NCBI GenBank assembly: GCA_951406725.2
Contig: OX597831.1
Location: forward strand, 10,292,001 to 10,356,000
Source: Octopus vulgaris
Lineage: Eukaryota
Reading direction: 5' to 3'
Length of the DNA stretch: 64,000 nucleotides
Shown here: positions 13,110-26,559 of the stretch, piece after piece
How the letters are laid out: each line of letters starts with the position of its first letter
Position numbering within the stretch: position 1 is the stretch's first letter
Position numbers and translations under genes: made by a program
Notes under the pieces: generated by a model
Database searches by the model: none
Told to the model about the DNA's origin: nothing
What the model saw: only the letters and a program-made list of their open reading frames with translations

Positions 13110-13296
13110 ATGTATGGGCGGGGAACTAATTGATTATGTCAATCGCAGTGTTTAACTGGTATTTAATTTATCGATTTCGAAAGGATGAATGACAAAATCG
13201 ACGTTGGCAGCATTTGAATTCAGACCGTAACGAAGGGCGAAATGTCGCTAAGCATTTTCGTCCTGCGCGCTAACGATTCTGCCAGTTCGCCGCTTT
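13110..13296 (-). mobile_element. SINE family A, diverged
   Basis: Reverse complement of the family A head and central domain. Confidence 0.8.
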
Positions 13297-13664
13297 ATCA
13301 TTACACATATATAATGAGATGAGAATTAATATTTGAGTTTTTGAACATTCAAAATCGTTTTAATTGATCTATTAATTATTTATTACTGGAGAGTAAATGT
13401 ATTCTAACACAGAAATTACTTAGTTGTATTTCTCTAAGAGAATCTCTAGATTTGTCTACCCGAGAGAGTGAGAGGATGAGTGGGGGTGGGTCTGCATTCA
13501 GTTCATACTTCAGTGGAAGATGGCGAAAATTCATAGACAGCAATAACAAATTGCATGGTAGAGACGGTATTAATACCATCAGAGGATGAACGGCTGTTAA
13601 CAGACAGACGCTTCTTCAAACAGAAACACCGCTGATCTATTTAATCCCACGTTTGTGTATTTTA

Positions 13665-13837
13665 TTTTTTACCTGTTTCAGTAATTAGACCACGGCTATA
13701 CTGTGGCACTGCCTTGAAGAGGTTTAGGTATTTATTATATTTCTGGCGATATATATTCTGTCGTTCTTTTTTTTTTTTGCCGAACCATTTCTCATGAGTA
13801 CGTAAACACAGCAACACCGGTTATTAAGCGGTTATTA

Positions 13838-13884
<47 letters not shown>

Positions 13885-14035
13885 TATATATACACGTATA
13901 CACGATGGGCTTCCTTCAGCTTCCGTCAATCAAATCCATTCAGAAGACTTTGGTCGGACTAACGCTGTATTTGAAGACACTTGCCCAAGTTGCCAAAAAG
14001 TAAGACAGAACTCAAAACCACGTGCTTAGAAAGCT
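13665..14035 (-). mobile_element. SINE family B (OK-like), diverged
   Basis: GAAGACACTTGCCCAAG, internal (CA)n and TGTTTCAGT tail, in reverse orientation. Confidence 0.75.
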
Positions 14036-14618
14036 ATTCATTATTTAATCATCTTACCTTTATTTTTCCATCTCTTCGATTTAACATGTTTCTTAACCAG
14101 CTAATTTGAATTTCTGCTTAGTTACGTATTTATTTTTGCCGTTAATTATGATATGAAAATGAAGCGGTAACTATACACTCGACGAAGAAAGAATATATAC
14201 TCCTCAAAGTTCATCGAACAAATTGATTCTAAACATAAACATGAGGAGTGTATATATTTGTGGTATTGGCATGTAACATATGGTTAGCGTATATTTGATA
14301 ATAATATAGCAATATTCTTCTAATTAAATATCGATGAAACGATTGTCAAAGAATGTAATAAAAGGAATTGCTCACTGAATGCTCTTTGTTAATTATATAA
14401 ACTCTACAGATATTTATGGATGCTCAGATGCATAATAAATAAACTATCGATTTCCGTTTATTACTAATGTCTGACAGCCAGTACCGGTGGACGAACTTAT
14501 TAAGTAAAGCAAACTCTAAGTTTAAAACCCGAATAATTTATAATCGCACGCACACGCACATACACACACATGTACAAACACACACGTGTGCGCCAACACA
14601 CATATGTGTATATATAAG

Positions 14619-14686
<68 letters not shown>

Positions 14687-16119
14687 GTGTGTATGTATGT
14701 ATGTATGTGTGTCAGTGAAAGTGTGTGCGATTGTGTCTCTATTTCCATATATGAAGAATATATCTACATATTCATTTATTTCCTAATTATTTAGTAATTT
14801 AAGTTGTTCGATCACTACCTATGCCGTGTACCTACCTTTAAATATTTTCAGTTGATCATATTGATTGCAATGTGTATTTCTATCTGATATTCCGGCCAAA
14901 TAATGGCTAGAGCCTCCGTTTTTTTAGTTAACTCATAATTCTACATCTTCACCAATCTTTCCGTGACTTTTAGAACTATTAGGATTATTGGTAATCTTAG
15001 ATTTATAAAATATATATCGTTCTAAACTCAGAACAAAACTTTGAGGGCGATTTAGGAAAATATTCTGAGCATTCTGCGATAAAAGCTATTGTAATTATTG
15101 TTTGGGTATGTGTCTGTGTGTACTTATTTATGTGTGTATATATTTGTGTGCCTGTGTGCGTATGTGCATTACCTTTGCGATAACAGCGCCACAAACTCGT
15201 AAAGTTCAATCTTCCGTTTGATGTTATATTGAATAAAACGTGGCTGAAGTTAAAATTCTTGCCACGAAGAGACTACTGTTTTTAATATTAAATGTCTCGG
15301 TTTCCCTAGGGTTGATTATATCTGCCTTATAAACAGTAAATTGGAAAATTGCAAAACTATTTCCAGTGGTTACACCAAAGAGTATTAATTCTAGTTTTAA
15401 AAAAAATATACTTTACAACCTTATTTTCATTATAGAAAATTTTCCCTTAATACCAGTTATGTAATTCACCAACATATATGCAATAAGACCTATACAAGTG
15501 GAATCACAACAAGTTAGAAGAAAATTCGAACCTCAAGTCTTTATATTATACAAAATATCGATTTTTATCATTAATTATTTTTTCTGTAATAAATTCTTCG
15601 GATTTTAATAAGCCTCTGAACACCCGTCGTGAGTATGCTGGTTTCCATCTTGCTAATAATTATATGATTCATATCACAGTTGTTTTACCGAAGATTTTTT
15701 TCTGCCAGACACAGACTTTGTATGTGATGCCTATATTTTTTGATTTGTTTTATAAATAATCTTGCTAGAAGATGAAATATTTCTAATTATTTTCGGGAAA
15801 CAACTATCATAAAATAAATGTTTTACTATCTATTAATTTCATTAAAAACAAATATGAGAAAGTGTTTGAAAACAATAAGAAAATCTAGTTTGAATACAAT
15901 ATCTTATGAAGATCAAAATATGGCAATCAAATTAATAAAATCGTGAAAGGAAATGACAAAGAAATGAAAGTTATATAAAAAAATAAAATAAAACACTTGA
16001 GTTTAAAATTTCTTTTGTGAACTTTCACTTTCGTTTGCCACAATCAATCATTTGTCTGGCATACCACTGCTCACTTAATCTATATATAATTCACACATGT
16101 ATACTTGCACACATGACGT

Positions 16120-16286
<167 letters not shown>

Positions 16287-17629
16287 TGGTGTGTGTGTGC
16301 ATTTGGGTGTGGATATGTTACAGAAACTCTCCTGGCAGTCTATGGCGTATCTCAGTTCATGCAATACTTAGATTAAATCATTTTATGTGATCAACAAAAT
16401 GATTAAGAGAGATTAAATTATTTCAAATATATGGCCGTTCTTTTAAGGGGTGCAAATACAATTTAATTGGCATCAAAAGATATTCCATTTGAAACAAATA
16501 TAATTAGTACCGCTATATTCCTTCTCCATGTCTGGTTTCCATGCACAGTGAAAATAACATTGCTTTTATTTCATCTCTAACTAACGACAGAGTGGGCCAA
16601 TTATCCATTTCCATACTTCTGTCGAACTTTCATTCTCTGTTGAACATTCGTAGAGTGAGGAATGGTTGGTTATAAACTTGTACCCTAGATAGCTGTTTTA
16701 TAACTCCCAGTAACAATTAATTCAAGGCACCCGAAGCATTTAACAGTTTCGGTAACAAACTAAACCCGAATACAACAATAAACAAGTCGTTCTGTGTAAG
16801 GTCATATACAAACACGAACAAGTGTGGAGCATATATGCATTCGTAAAAATCTGACGAAATTTATTTCAACGTCATCGACAACGACATTGTTTTATCTTTT
16901 ATTCTAGAAATATAACAATTTACTTTGGAAGAGAACCGAGTCATTGTTGAAAAGTAAGAATGGTTCCAAACGAATGAGATGAGTTATATATCTTATTCTC
17001 TAGATGATCCCGCATTGCTTTATTGAATATTGCTTGCTATCTCTAGCATATGGCACAAACACATACAGCTGTTATACTGGATTCATGCTGTGTTGAATAT
17101 ACATACATGACGGTTGCTAAATTGTTAGATGATCATGACCATCGCTGGCAGCTTTATATAAAACTGATTGTTCCTACAAACGTGAGACGGACAATGACAC
17201 ATAAAGCCAACGAAAGACTGACAGGGTTTCTGCAAAAACTGCAAAATAAACCCGTGTTATCGCCCTGACGGCTTCTCCCCGCTGGCGCAGGTTTATTATC
17301 GGTTTTCAAATTTGGCGTGAGTCCGCAGCGCCGCTTGTAGACATGGTAGCATCCATCAGAGGTAACAGCGGATCTGCAATAACGAATACAGCATCAACTG
17401 TTGGCAGGTCGTCTGAGCCTTGGACTTCACAAAAATTATTTGATCAAACTCATACGAAAAAGACTGAAGAACATCTGATTACACTGTCTCTCATTTACAG
17501 GCAGCTGTTTTGCTGTTTGCCCAGTTTATTGTATGCAATGAGGACAAGCCCAAAACCTTAAGTCGCTACCATTACTATTTGTCATAAAGAACAATAATAA
17601 TATACGTATGTGAATATACAAATTCAATG

Positions 17630-17661
<32 letters not shown>

Positions 17662-17699
17662 ACATAGGCACACATATGCATGTATATAAAATATATGTA

Positions 17700-17905
17700 T
17701 CTTACTTTTACTGTTATCTGTTTCTGTCATTGAAGAGTCGCCATTCTAGAGCAATGCCTTGAATGATTTCGTCAAGAAAGTCGATCTCATTCCTTACTTT
17801 TTGAAGCTTGGAATTTATTCTATCAACCACGTTCGCCGAACTGGTAATCTACGGGAACATAAATACAACCCATCCGTTGTATAGCGGTGTGGGAGACAGA
17901 CACAA
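17700..17905 (-). mobile_element. SINE family B 3' half, diverged
   Basis: TGTTTCTGTCATTG..GCCGAAC..ACGGGAACATAAA matches the reverse complement of the family B 3' part. Confidence 0.6.
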
Positions 17906-17990
17906 TACATCCACAGATATCTATCTATATGTTTACATACATGCACACACACACACACATATATATATTTATAAATATATATATATATAC

Positions 17991-18340
17991 AAATTAGTAA
18001 ATAAATGGCACAACTAAGTACCGATATTTACTGGAAATAGCGAACGTAAAAATACGACGCTAATGTGTAGCTTCACCGCGTATATATTAGCAAAAATGCG
18101 TGTGTGCAACAAATTAGAGAAAAAAAACCGTCTTACCTCCAGGGAGAACATCTGAAAGATGAAACACCCGGAAAAGGATAATGTGGTACCTGCAGGTTTC
18201 AGGTTTTACAAGATATGTCTTTCACCCATATTTTGTTTTACCTTCATCAGCCAAACATATACCAAGACGAAATCTACGATGTTACCACATTAATACTAAC
18301 ACACTCGACTGAAATGCAATACTTTGTATTGCATTACTGA
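17991..18340 (-). mobile_element. Penelope-like pLTR fragment inserted in (TA)n
   Basis: Unique block bounded by (TA)n on both sides, containing a canonical hammerhead ribozyme. Confidence 0.6.
18184..18253 (-). ncRNA. Type I hammerhead ribozyme
   Basis: Minus strand reads ugg CUGAUGA aggu..acaa.auaug..cauau.uugu..accu GAA ACCUGCAGGU A cca. All core nucleotides present, GUA triplet, palindromic stem III. Confidence 0.85.
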
Positions 18341-18431
<91 letters not shown>

Positions 18432-18648
18432 ATAGAGAGAGAGAATGAAAGAGGAGAGACAAAGGGAGACAGACAGACATTCAAACAGAGAAACAGATAT
18501 ATCTGTTGTAAGCTTGAAGCCAGATGCGGCTCCATCATTCAGTCAGAATGTTTGTTTTATTGCCTGTCTCCTACGTATGTATTCCGATTTTTGTCTCAGT
18601 TACGATTGTGATGTGGATGGGTTTCATTGACATACCTCTTAAATGCGA

Positions 18649-19215
18649 CGCGCAGGTGTGAATGTGTGATAAGACGCTCGTTTCCCAACGACGGGATTCC
18701 GTGCCCAATCCCACAGCGTGACACCATCGACAAACGTCCACTAGTATATCTTCAGGCCCACTAAAACCTTGTGAGTGGAATTGGCAGACGCAAACTGAAA
18801 GAAAGCCGTCATATATATATATATATTTCCCAGTGCGTAACTGGTACTTAATTTATCGACCCGGAAAGGATGAAAGGCAAAGTCGACCTTGGCAGAATTT
18901 GAACTCAGGACGTAACGGCAGACGAAATACCGCTAAGCATTTCGCCCGACGTGCTAACGATTCTGCCAGCTCGCCGCCTAAAAACATACATACATCAGCG
19001 CGTATATGTCCTTCTGTATGAGTTTGCCCACCCAACCCCTCCACTTCACAACCAGAGTAGGTGTTTTTTTGCGTTAACTAGCGGTTCGTCAAATCAACCT
19101 GAAAGACTACGAAGCAGGTTAAATAAAATAAGCAGTTGGCTTGATTCATTCGAATGAAAACTTGTCACGGTGGCGACCCAGCATGGCCTCCGTCTAGAGA
19201 CTAGCACAAGTGTGA
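18649..19215 (+). mobile_element. SINE family B, diverged, interrupted by a family A copy
   Basis: CGCAGGTGTGAATGTGTG head, CTTGTGAGTGGA..AAACTGAAAGAA, and 3' part with CAGCATGGCC. Confidence 0.7.
18829..18979 (-). mobile_element. SINE family A nested in the microsatellite of a family B SINE
   Basis: Near-consensus family A 5' portion in reverse orientation. Confidence 0.9.
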
Positions 19216-19676
19216 GACGTAAGATACATACATTTTCCAAAGGGTTTGTATGTGCACACTGATTAATTTTTCTTAAGACTTTCATACTATATTAAGCCTC
19301 CTTATTGATACCTAAAGGATATTTATAATTATTTAAAACTATTGAAAAGGTTGCAAGACACAACGAAAATTTTAGGAAAATAAAAATAAGAAAAAAGTGG
19401 AAATTTTACCAGTGAGTGTGTTAAATAATAAAGCACAAAAAGAAAATGACTCTCCCCAGACACAACAGAATATGCTTCAACACACGAACTCATATAAAGA
19501 ATCTTGCAATCCAAATCCAAAAACGAAATATAATTATCTAAACACGTTATAATTGTGTCTTACTTCTGGAATGCTACAGTTTCGGCATAAAGTTTATTTT
19601 TGCTTCATTTTATAAAGTGTCATCTTTCATGGATATGAAACCATGCTGCTAGAAATTCTAAGTTTTATTCTCTACA

Positions 19677-19975
19677 CTAGCAGTATCGCCCGGGGTTGCC
19701 CGGGTTTGTAAGGGAAATAACTATATAAGCATTTTAGAGAGTTACTTCCCTTGTATAATAGCAAAAGAATGCATTAAAAATTGGGAAAAAATTATGGTAA
19801 TTTTTTTTTTAAATCGTAGACTCATCGTAGACGCGCGCTAATACCCAGAAGGGCTCGATATGGATCACGACTATAAGATACCCGCTTTTAATTAAACTGC
19901 AGCGCAAAATGTGGGAGTAGTTAGGAATCTAAATCGTAGGAGACAGACACACAACTTCACTTTTATATATAACGA
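19677..19975 (-). mobile_element. Helitron-like H1, full length
   Basis: Minus strand: A|TC...TATATAAAA head, hairpin CCCGGGCAACCCCGGG, CTAG|T end, no TSD. Confidence 0.8.
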
Positions 19976-21252
19976 TATCATTAATGTGGGTACTATCGAT
20001 TAAATGCTTTCACACACATTTTCTTTGTAAACTCTAATATAATGCCCCAGTATCTTTGATGATATATTTAGTCGATTGCTTCATCTAACTTTAATCTAAG
20101 AAATAAAGGCTGATACGTATGGGTCCTTATGGTACATTTACGAAGAAAATTAAAATGAAAGCATGGACACAGACTTTCGTGACTTTTTAGTTTTAGAAAA
20201 CGACACAGAAAATATTGCAGACGCGTGAAAATTGGAAATATTCAAGCTTAATTTTGAATTTGTCTGGAATATAGATTACTTTCGTATCTAAATTTTTCAG
20301 TCTTACGCGTGATTTTGTAAAACTATTTGTTGTTAGTGAACCGCATAGTAATCCATGTCTAGACTGAACAGCTGCAACGAGTATATGTTAACAGAATGCG
20401 ATAACATTGGTGGTTCTGTTACGGAAATTGACGTCTATTGTATCTCATAATAAAATCCTAAAGGATATCTCCATGTAGATCGAAAGTAAAGAGACGAAAT
20501 TGTATAGAAAGCTATTATCATTAACTATAACACGTACGTAATATAAATAATGGTTTTCTATCGTAGTATGGCACTGTTATCAGTATCATCACTTGCAAAT
20601 ATGACTGACAAGGAAACACTTATATGGTCATTAAACTGGTAGATATAACAAACACAATCGACTCCCATTCTAACTGTACCGTGTAAGTAAAAAGAGACTG
20701 CAGCGAAATCTATCTCAGATATCGGGAAAACGGAAATAATTGGAAAGATTTCGCTTCATAGACGTCAGCGATCTGGACTAGCATGAAGCTTAAGAAGAAC
20801 AAACATTACTATGAAGAACAATAAGATCATGATTGTTTCGGGTTTAGGAAATAGGCCAGAATGTTTCCAGGGTGAGAATAGTCGATAGCATGATCCCCAC
20901 TTCACTGTTAAACAAACAGAAGAGTGGCAATTGCCATCTACGAATAAATGGAAATCCTCAGGAACAGAATAAGGTGATTTCGTTATTTCTATGATTATCA
21001 TCCCTTTGTTAAACAACTCACTCGGCCATGCCACTTCTAATAAAAACCCGTTATAAATGATATACATCTACCTCGAAACATCACGTTACAGATTTCATGT
21101 CCGATGAGATATTCGTGATTTAGACAATAAAAAGAAATATAAAAAGCTGTTCTCTCTTAGTATTTACATACACACTGGATAAAATGACTCATCTCAATAT
21201 TTAGCTCAATATGTCTCTAGAATCATGTTTTTTCTTTTTCCTAAATGCCATA

Positions 21253-21628
21253 TCTTTATATAAAAAAGTGAAGTTGTGTGTCTGTCTCCTACGATTTAGA
21301 TTCCTAACTACTCCCACATTTTGCGGTGCAGTGTAACCAAAAGCGGGTATCTTATAGTCGTGATTCATATCGAGCCCTTCTGGGTATTAGCGCGCGTCTA
21401 CGATGAGTCTACGATTTTAAAAAAAAATTACCATAATTTTTTCCCATTTTTAATGCATCTTTTTTGCTATTATATAAGGGAAGTAACTCTCTAAAAATGT
21501 ATTATTAAATCTCAGAACGTAAAATGCTACAGTAACACACCCCCCTTTGTGGTTAGCCATATTGAGATGGCTATTATACTTTACATCTCTAAAAATGCTT
21601 ATATAGTTATTTCCCTTACCACTGCTAG
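21253..21628 (+). mobile_element. Helitron-like H1, 3' hairpin deleted, ~100-bp extra internal segment
   Basis: A|TCTTTATATAAAA head and CTAG|T end. High identity to 19677-19975. Confidence 0.8.
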
Positions 21629-23261
21629 TTGTACATAAAAACAAATACTGTTATTCTGTAACTTTAATTGAAAAAATTAGATATTAATGACGAATCGTTT
21701 CATCGGCAAGAAATATTTATTCGTTGTCACAATTCTAAATGATTTATTTACTTTTCATTATATTTTGTATAAAAGTACAAAGACTGGGAACAGAAGTGAT
21801 TCGCTGAAATATAGAAATTTTTGATTTCGATAATTGGATAAATGATATTTATTTTATGTTGAAATTATGAAAAACAAAACAACACATTCAGGCAATAAAT
21901 AATATTCCGTTTGTTTATATTATTTGTTTGTTGGATTCTTTATTTGTCTTTTTTTTTGCATTTTATATTTGAATGCAAATGAGAAGAGGATGAATTGAGA
22001 GCAGACAAGTTACTGAGATAAAAGAGATGAAAATGTCCTCCAAAATGTTGTTTTCACTGAAGTGGTATTTGAATAGATAAGTATTTAATCTGGAATTTAC
22101 ATAATTGTAGATTCACATTTAGCGGTAATGAAACCATGGCCTCCATTCCTTCAGAACATCTTTATTTTTGTACCGTAGTTATGATATGTAAACAAATATT
22201 GTATTAATTAACGCTCAAAAAGAGGAAAAATTTATAATAATCAGTATTTAGTCAGCTAACAAATTTAATTATCTAATTTCAATAATTGATTTCTATATTT
22301 TATACATATTTGAAATTGATAGAAATTTCTCCGATTGACTTATATAAGTTATTGAATATTTCAAAAAATGCTTGTTTTTTTCCATAAGTTTGATGTCATA
22401 AGATAAATAATTTCAAAGGGGCAACTCGTCCACAAAGTTCAATCAGAGCACAAGACGCTACTAATCATTATCTATTGCAATCACCTTTCCAAATTCGTTT
22501 CTTTAAGCGCCTGTTTTAATCTTCAATAAGTCTGCTTACAATGTATTATTTACGGACATTACTCTCTTGTCCATTTCGTAATTATCCCAGTATTTCAAGA
22601 ACGTGAATTAAAGTAACACCTAATCTCCCAGAAGTTTGAACCCCGCTTTGGAAGTCATTTTCTGAATTTAGCTTACATTTTATTTAACTTCCGATATTTC
22701 TTTTCCACTGCCCACTATTGCTTGCCCGTAGGATCGGCTAGACGATGGAAATGACTATCAAAGATATATCCTGTTTATCAGGTGAACTCCTCCCCTACAA
22801 GCATGGATCTCCTTGGTATTACATTCTGTACCAAATTGCTAACACTTCCTTGTAGAGTAGAATTTTGGTGCACTGTTGGCTTGATTTTAAGCTGGTCAAG
22901 ACGATATGATTGTTATGGAGAGAATGAAACCCAACGCTACGATAGTAACTGGCACATTTCTCATAGCTACGTTATAGACACCAATAGATTGAAACCAGCA
23001 TATTACAAGATGATTTCGCTACAGTTTCAGTAGCTTCCACATAGCATTCCTTTCTTATTGCCATGTGTCTTTTATATTTTATTTGTTTCAGGGATTAGAC
23101 TGTGGCAATGCTCGGGCACTGCATTGAAGAATTTTAGCTGAACAAATAGATTCACAAGCTTATATTTTAAAGCCTTATTCTACCGGTCATTTTACTGGAC
23201 CCTAAGTTATGAGGGGGGAAAGCACGCAGAGGCAAACCCATACGCACACATACATAGATAT

Positions 23262-23462
23262 CAAAATGTGACCTCGTGTGTACCGTTGGCGATTGTTTTT
23301 CTCTGTCTTCCCTTCTCTGGATCTTTCCTTCTCCTATGTTTCCGACGAAGAGCTCCGCTCGAAACGTTAAGCCCTCCTCCTTTCCTTCTTTCCTGAGCGT
23401 CCAATAATACTATATTTGTTTCACGTCCTCGCGTTGTTGTGTTTTTTTGTGCTTTCTTGTTT
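23262..23462 (+). mobile_element. Penelope-like pLTR fragment
   Basis: Pyrimidine-rich block with a minimal HHR, ending at (TA)n. Confidence 0.6.
23338..23372 (+). ncRNA. Minimal type I hammerhead ribozyme (U4C variant)
   Basis: guuu CCGACGA a gagc-ucc-gcuc GAA ACGU U aagc. Palindromic ACGU stem III; core has C at position 4. Confidence 0.65.
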
Positions 23463-23855
23463 GGATTAACTTTATATATATATATATATATGTATTTATA
23501 TGTATATGTGTGTGTGTGTGTGTGTCTATATACATACACACAGACACACACACACACGGGTTTTTTCACTGTCCTTCTACCAAATCCGCTCACAAAGACC
23601 TGGTCGCCCCAAGACTCTAATAGAAGACACTTGCCCAAGGTACCACACAGTAGAACTGAACCTGGACGCATGAGGGTAGAAAAATTGCTCTGTCTTTCTG
23701 AAAGGCGAAGTGTTATTGAAGCCCAGGCGTAAATCTGAATTTATTTAAATCATTTTGTGATACCCGGTGTAAAAAGTGTCTCATTTGAATTGATATTATT
23801 TTACAGAAATTTGCATAAATTGAGGAAAACCTCACCATGACGTCACATATATTCT

Positions 23856-24088
23856 TATTTCTTTATTGCCCACAAGGGGCTAAACATAGAGGAGACTAAC
23901 AAGGACAGACAAACTGATCAAGTCGATTATATCGACCCTAGTGGGTAACTGGTACTTATTTAATCGACCCCGCAAGGATGAAAGGCAAAGTCGACCTCGG
24001 CCGAATTTGAACTCAGAACGTATCTGCAGATTAAATTCTGCTAAGCGTTTCGCCCGGCGTGCTAGCGTTTCTGCCAGCTCGCCGCCTT
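23856..24088 (-). mobile_element. SINE family A
   Basis: Full length, TSD ACATATATTC (23845-23854, 24090-24099). Confidence 0.9.
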
Positions 24089-24292
24089 AACATATATTCA
24101 TTTTATATGCCGTTACATATATTCTTTTTCAGCTAACATTCTGCAGTCTGCCTCATCATAAACGATATACAACTAAAATGATGACATCTTGTTAAAACTT
24201 TGTTCGTTTACAAATGCTTCTACTGAAACTGAAGAGACAATGAATACGCGAGGAATACATTTAAATTCTTCATAACTATTAACGCGCGCGCG

Positions 24293-24323
<31 letters not shown>

Positions 24324-24469
24324 TAAATTCATGGTTCACGCAAGTGAAACGAAATACTGAAATAAAATGTTTCAGTATTAAGGCCAGGGAACTTTAGAAT
24401 ATAATGGAATACTGATGAGCGCAAGCATAAAATGAAATGTAGTGATGAATATATAAGATGTGGAAATTT

Positions 24470-24702
24470 AAGGCGGTGAGCTGGCAGAAACGTGAGCACG
24501 CCGGGCGAAATGCGTAGCCGTATTTCGTCTGCCGTTACATTCTGAGTTCAAATTCCGCCGAGCTCGACTTTACCGTTCATCCTTTCGGGATCGATAAAAT
24601 AAGTACCAGTTACGCACTAGGGTCGATGTGATCGACTTAATCCCTTTGTCTGTCCTTGTTTGTCCCCTCTACGTTTTGCTCTTTGTGGGCAGTAAAGAAA
24701 TA
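24470..24702 (+). mobile_element. SINE family A
   Basis: Full length, TSD ATATAAGATGTGGAA on both sides. Confidence 0.9.
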
Positions 24703-24769
24703 TATATAAGATGTGGAATTTTTTTAAATGACAATAAGAGTGAAAGTAGCAAACATTAAAATTACATAG

Positions 24770-24935
24770 CTCTATGGGTAAGAAACGGACTTTGTAAGCC
24801 CGTGGTTTTGAGTTCAGTTTCACTGTGTGGCGTCAGGGCCGAGGTCTTCTTCTATTGACCCGATGAGTGAATTTAGTAGATGGAATATGGGAGAAAGCCT
24901 GTTGACTATTTGTGCGTATATGCGTGTCAGTATAT

Positions 24936-24973
<38 letters not shown>

Positions 24974-25150
24974 GTGTGTGTGTGTGCGTGTGCCATTCTG
25001 TCGGTGCTTGTTACATATCTGCCTGGCAACCGGTGATGCCTTGTTTTATGTCCCCGTAAGTTGACGGCTAAACAGGTAGCAGACACGGAAAATTAATTAC
25101 TGCGGTCGATTTTTTCGACTAAAACTATGCTCAATTTCTGAAACCAGAAA
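24770..25150 (+). mobile_element. SINE family B, old copy
   Basis: GAGTTCAGTTTCACTGTGTGG head, internal (TG)n, and TGTCCCCGTAAGTT in the 3' part. Confidence 0.6.
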
Positions 25151-26559
25151 AAAGATGAAAAAATAAAAATTGTTGTTTTTACGTATTATTACCAATCAGT
25201 AATAATTAAACGATAAAACAATTACAATAAATGATGCCAACATGACGAACACCAACTAAATGAAATCAGTTGCGAAGGTCAATATCTCAAGGTTGAAGAA
25301 ACTATTATCTGAAGTAGACGCTTTAGCTTGAAAGGTGAATTGGTTCAGCTTCACGTGTAATCAAAGAAATGAGACAAAAACGAAACAAACAATATAGCAA
25401 ATGATCAAATAGAAAAGGATAGAAAAGAGAAAATGTCGTCCAAGCCTTGTTCAATTGAATAATGAATTGAGACAACAGAAAAACGAAGGAGAAACAAATA
25501 TTACAGAAGAGAAAATATAACAAGCAAATTAATTATGATTATCCAAATTCAATGAATGACTGAAACAAAAGGTTTCTGCTAAATAGCAACGAAACCGCTC
25601 CTAGAATTCCACCAGCGATTCGCTAAAGAAACAAAAGAGTTTCACATCAAACAAATTCAATGTTAACAACCTTGTAAGAATGAATGGAATATTTAAGCAG
25701 CATAAAGAACTAGGAACCTAGAAGAAATCCAGGGTGGAGTATTGTCAACGCAGACATCACCACAGGAAAGATTATTCAAACTTGGAAGTTCATAGAAAAC
25801 GGAGGATCACTTTGGTACAAAAGATGAAAGAACCAAAATGTGACAGCATTCTAGTTGTCGAGTTAAATTCTTTAAAACCAATGCATAAAGTGCTGGCAGA
25901 TCTGGTCCCATAATATATTGATAGAGTCGGAGGCAGGACCTGAATGACTCTTTCAGAGGAAATCAATTTAATTTCCGAAACTAAAGAAACAACAGAAAAT
26001 GTTAAGCATCCTGGACCGTATCTTGCCATCATTAAGCTTATGGGAACTAAACAGCAATTATAATAATTAGAACTCTTTAAAAAGTAGACAAAGTAAAGTT
26101 AGCCGAAAAACAGAAGTGTTACAATGCCACATAAATCAGTAATTAGCAATTAATGATCAAAAAGATATAATCACATTGTGAAGAATGAAACCAACCTGAG
26201 CACGGAATTCCTTGACTACGGAAATATCTTTGACATTCTGTGCGTTTTCAAACAAGCGCTAACACCTTTAAAGGTTTTGAATCAATTTCGATGTGGGCAT
26301 TCAGTCTATCGTTTTATATATGATCGATTTCAGGTTTTCAGGTACAAATGATAAATAGACTAGTTTCATTGAAACAGAGACACCACGAACTTAGTGGCAT
26401 AATTTGTAGAAGATTCGGAATAGAACAGTGCCAAATATTAGCCTTACAGGGAGAAAAGTTAATAAAATAGATAATTTGAAGTTACAAAGAGACAAACAAT
26501 CAAATGAAAGGCTGATTGATTAATAATTGCTGACAACAAAATCGGCGAAGATGAATACT

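Larger units (their letters stand above)
23075..23675 (-). mobile_element. SINE family B, diverged, interrupted by a PLE fragment
   Basis: 3' part at ~23075-23240 and 5' part at ~23555-23675 (AGAAGACACTTGCCCAAGG). Confidence 0.7.

Noticed and set aside
22420-22620. Possible Tc1 C-terminal remnant on the minus strand
   Set aside because: Too degraded, and no TIR pair could be confirmed.
24410-24445. CTGATGA-GC-GCAA-GC hammerhead-like start
   Set aside because: Not followed by GAAA, and no stem I or III pairing.
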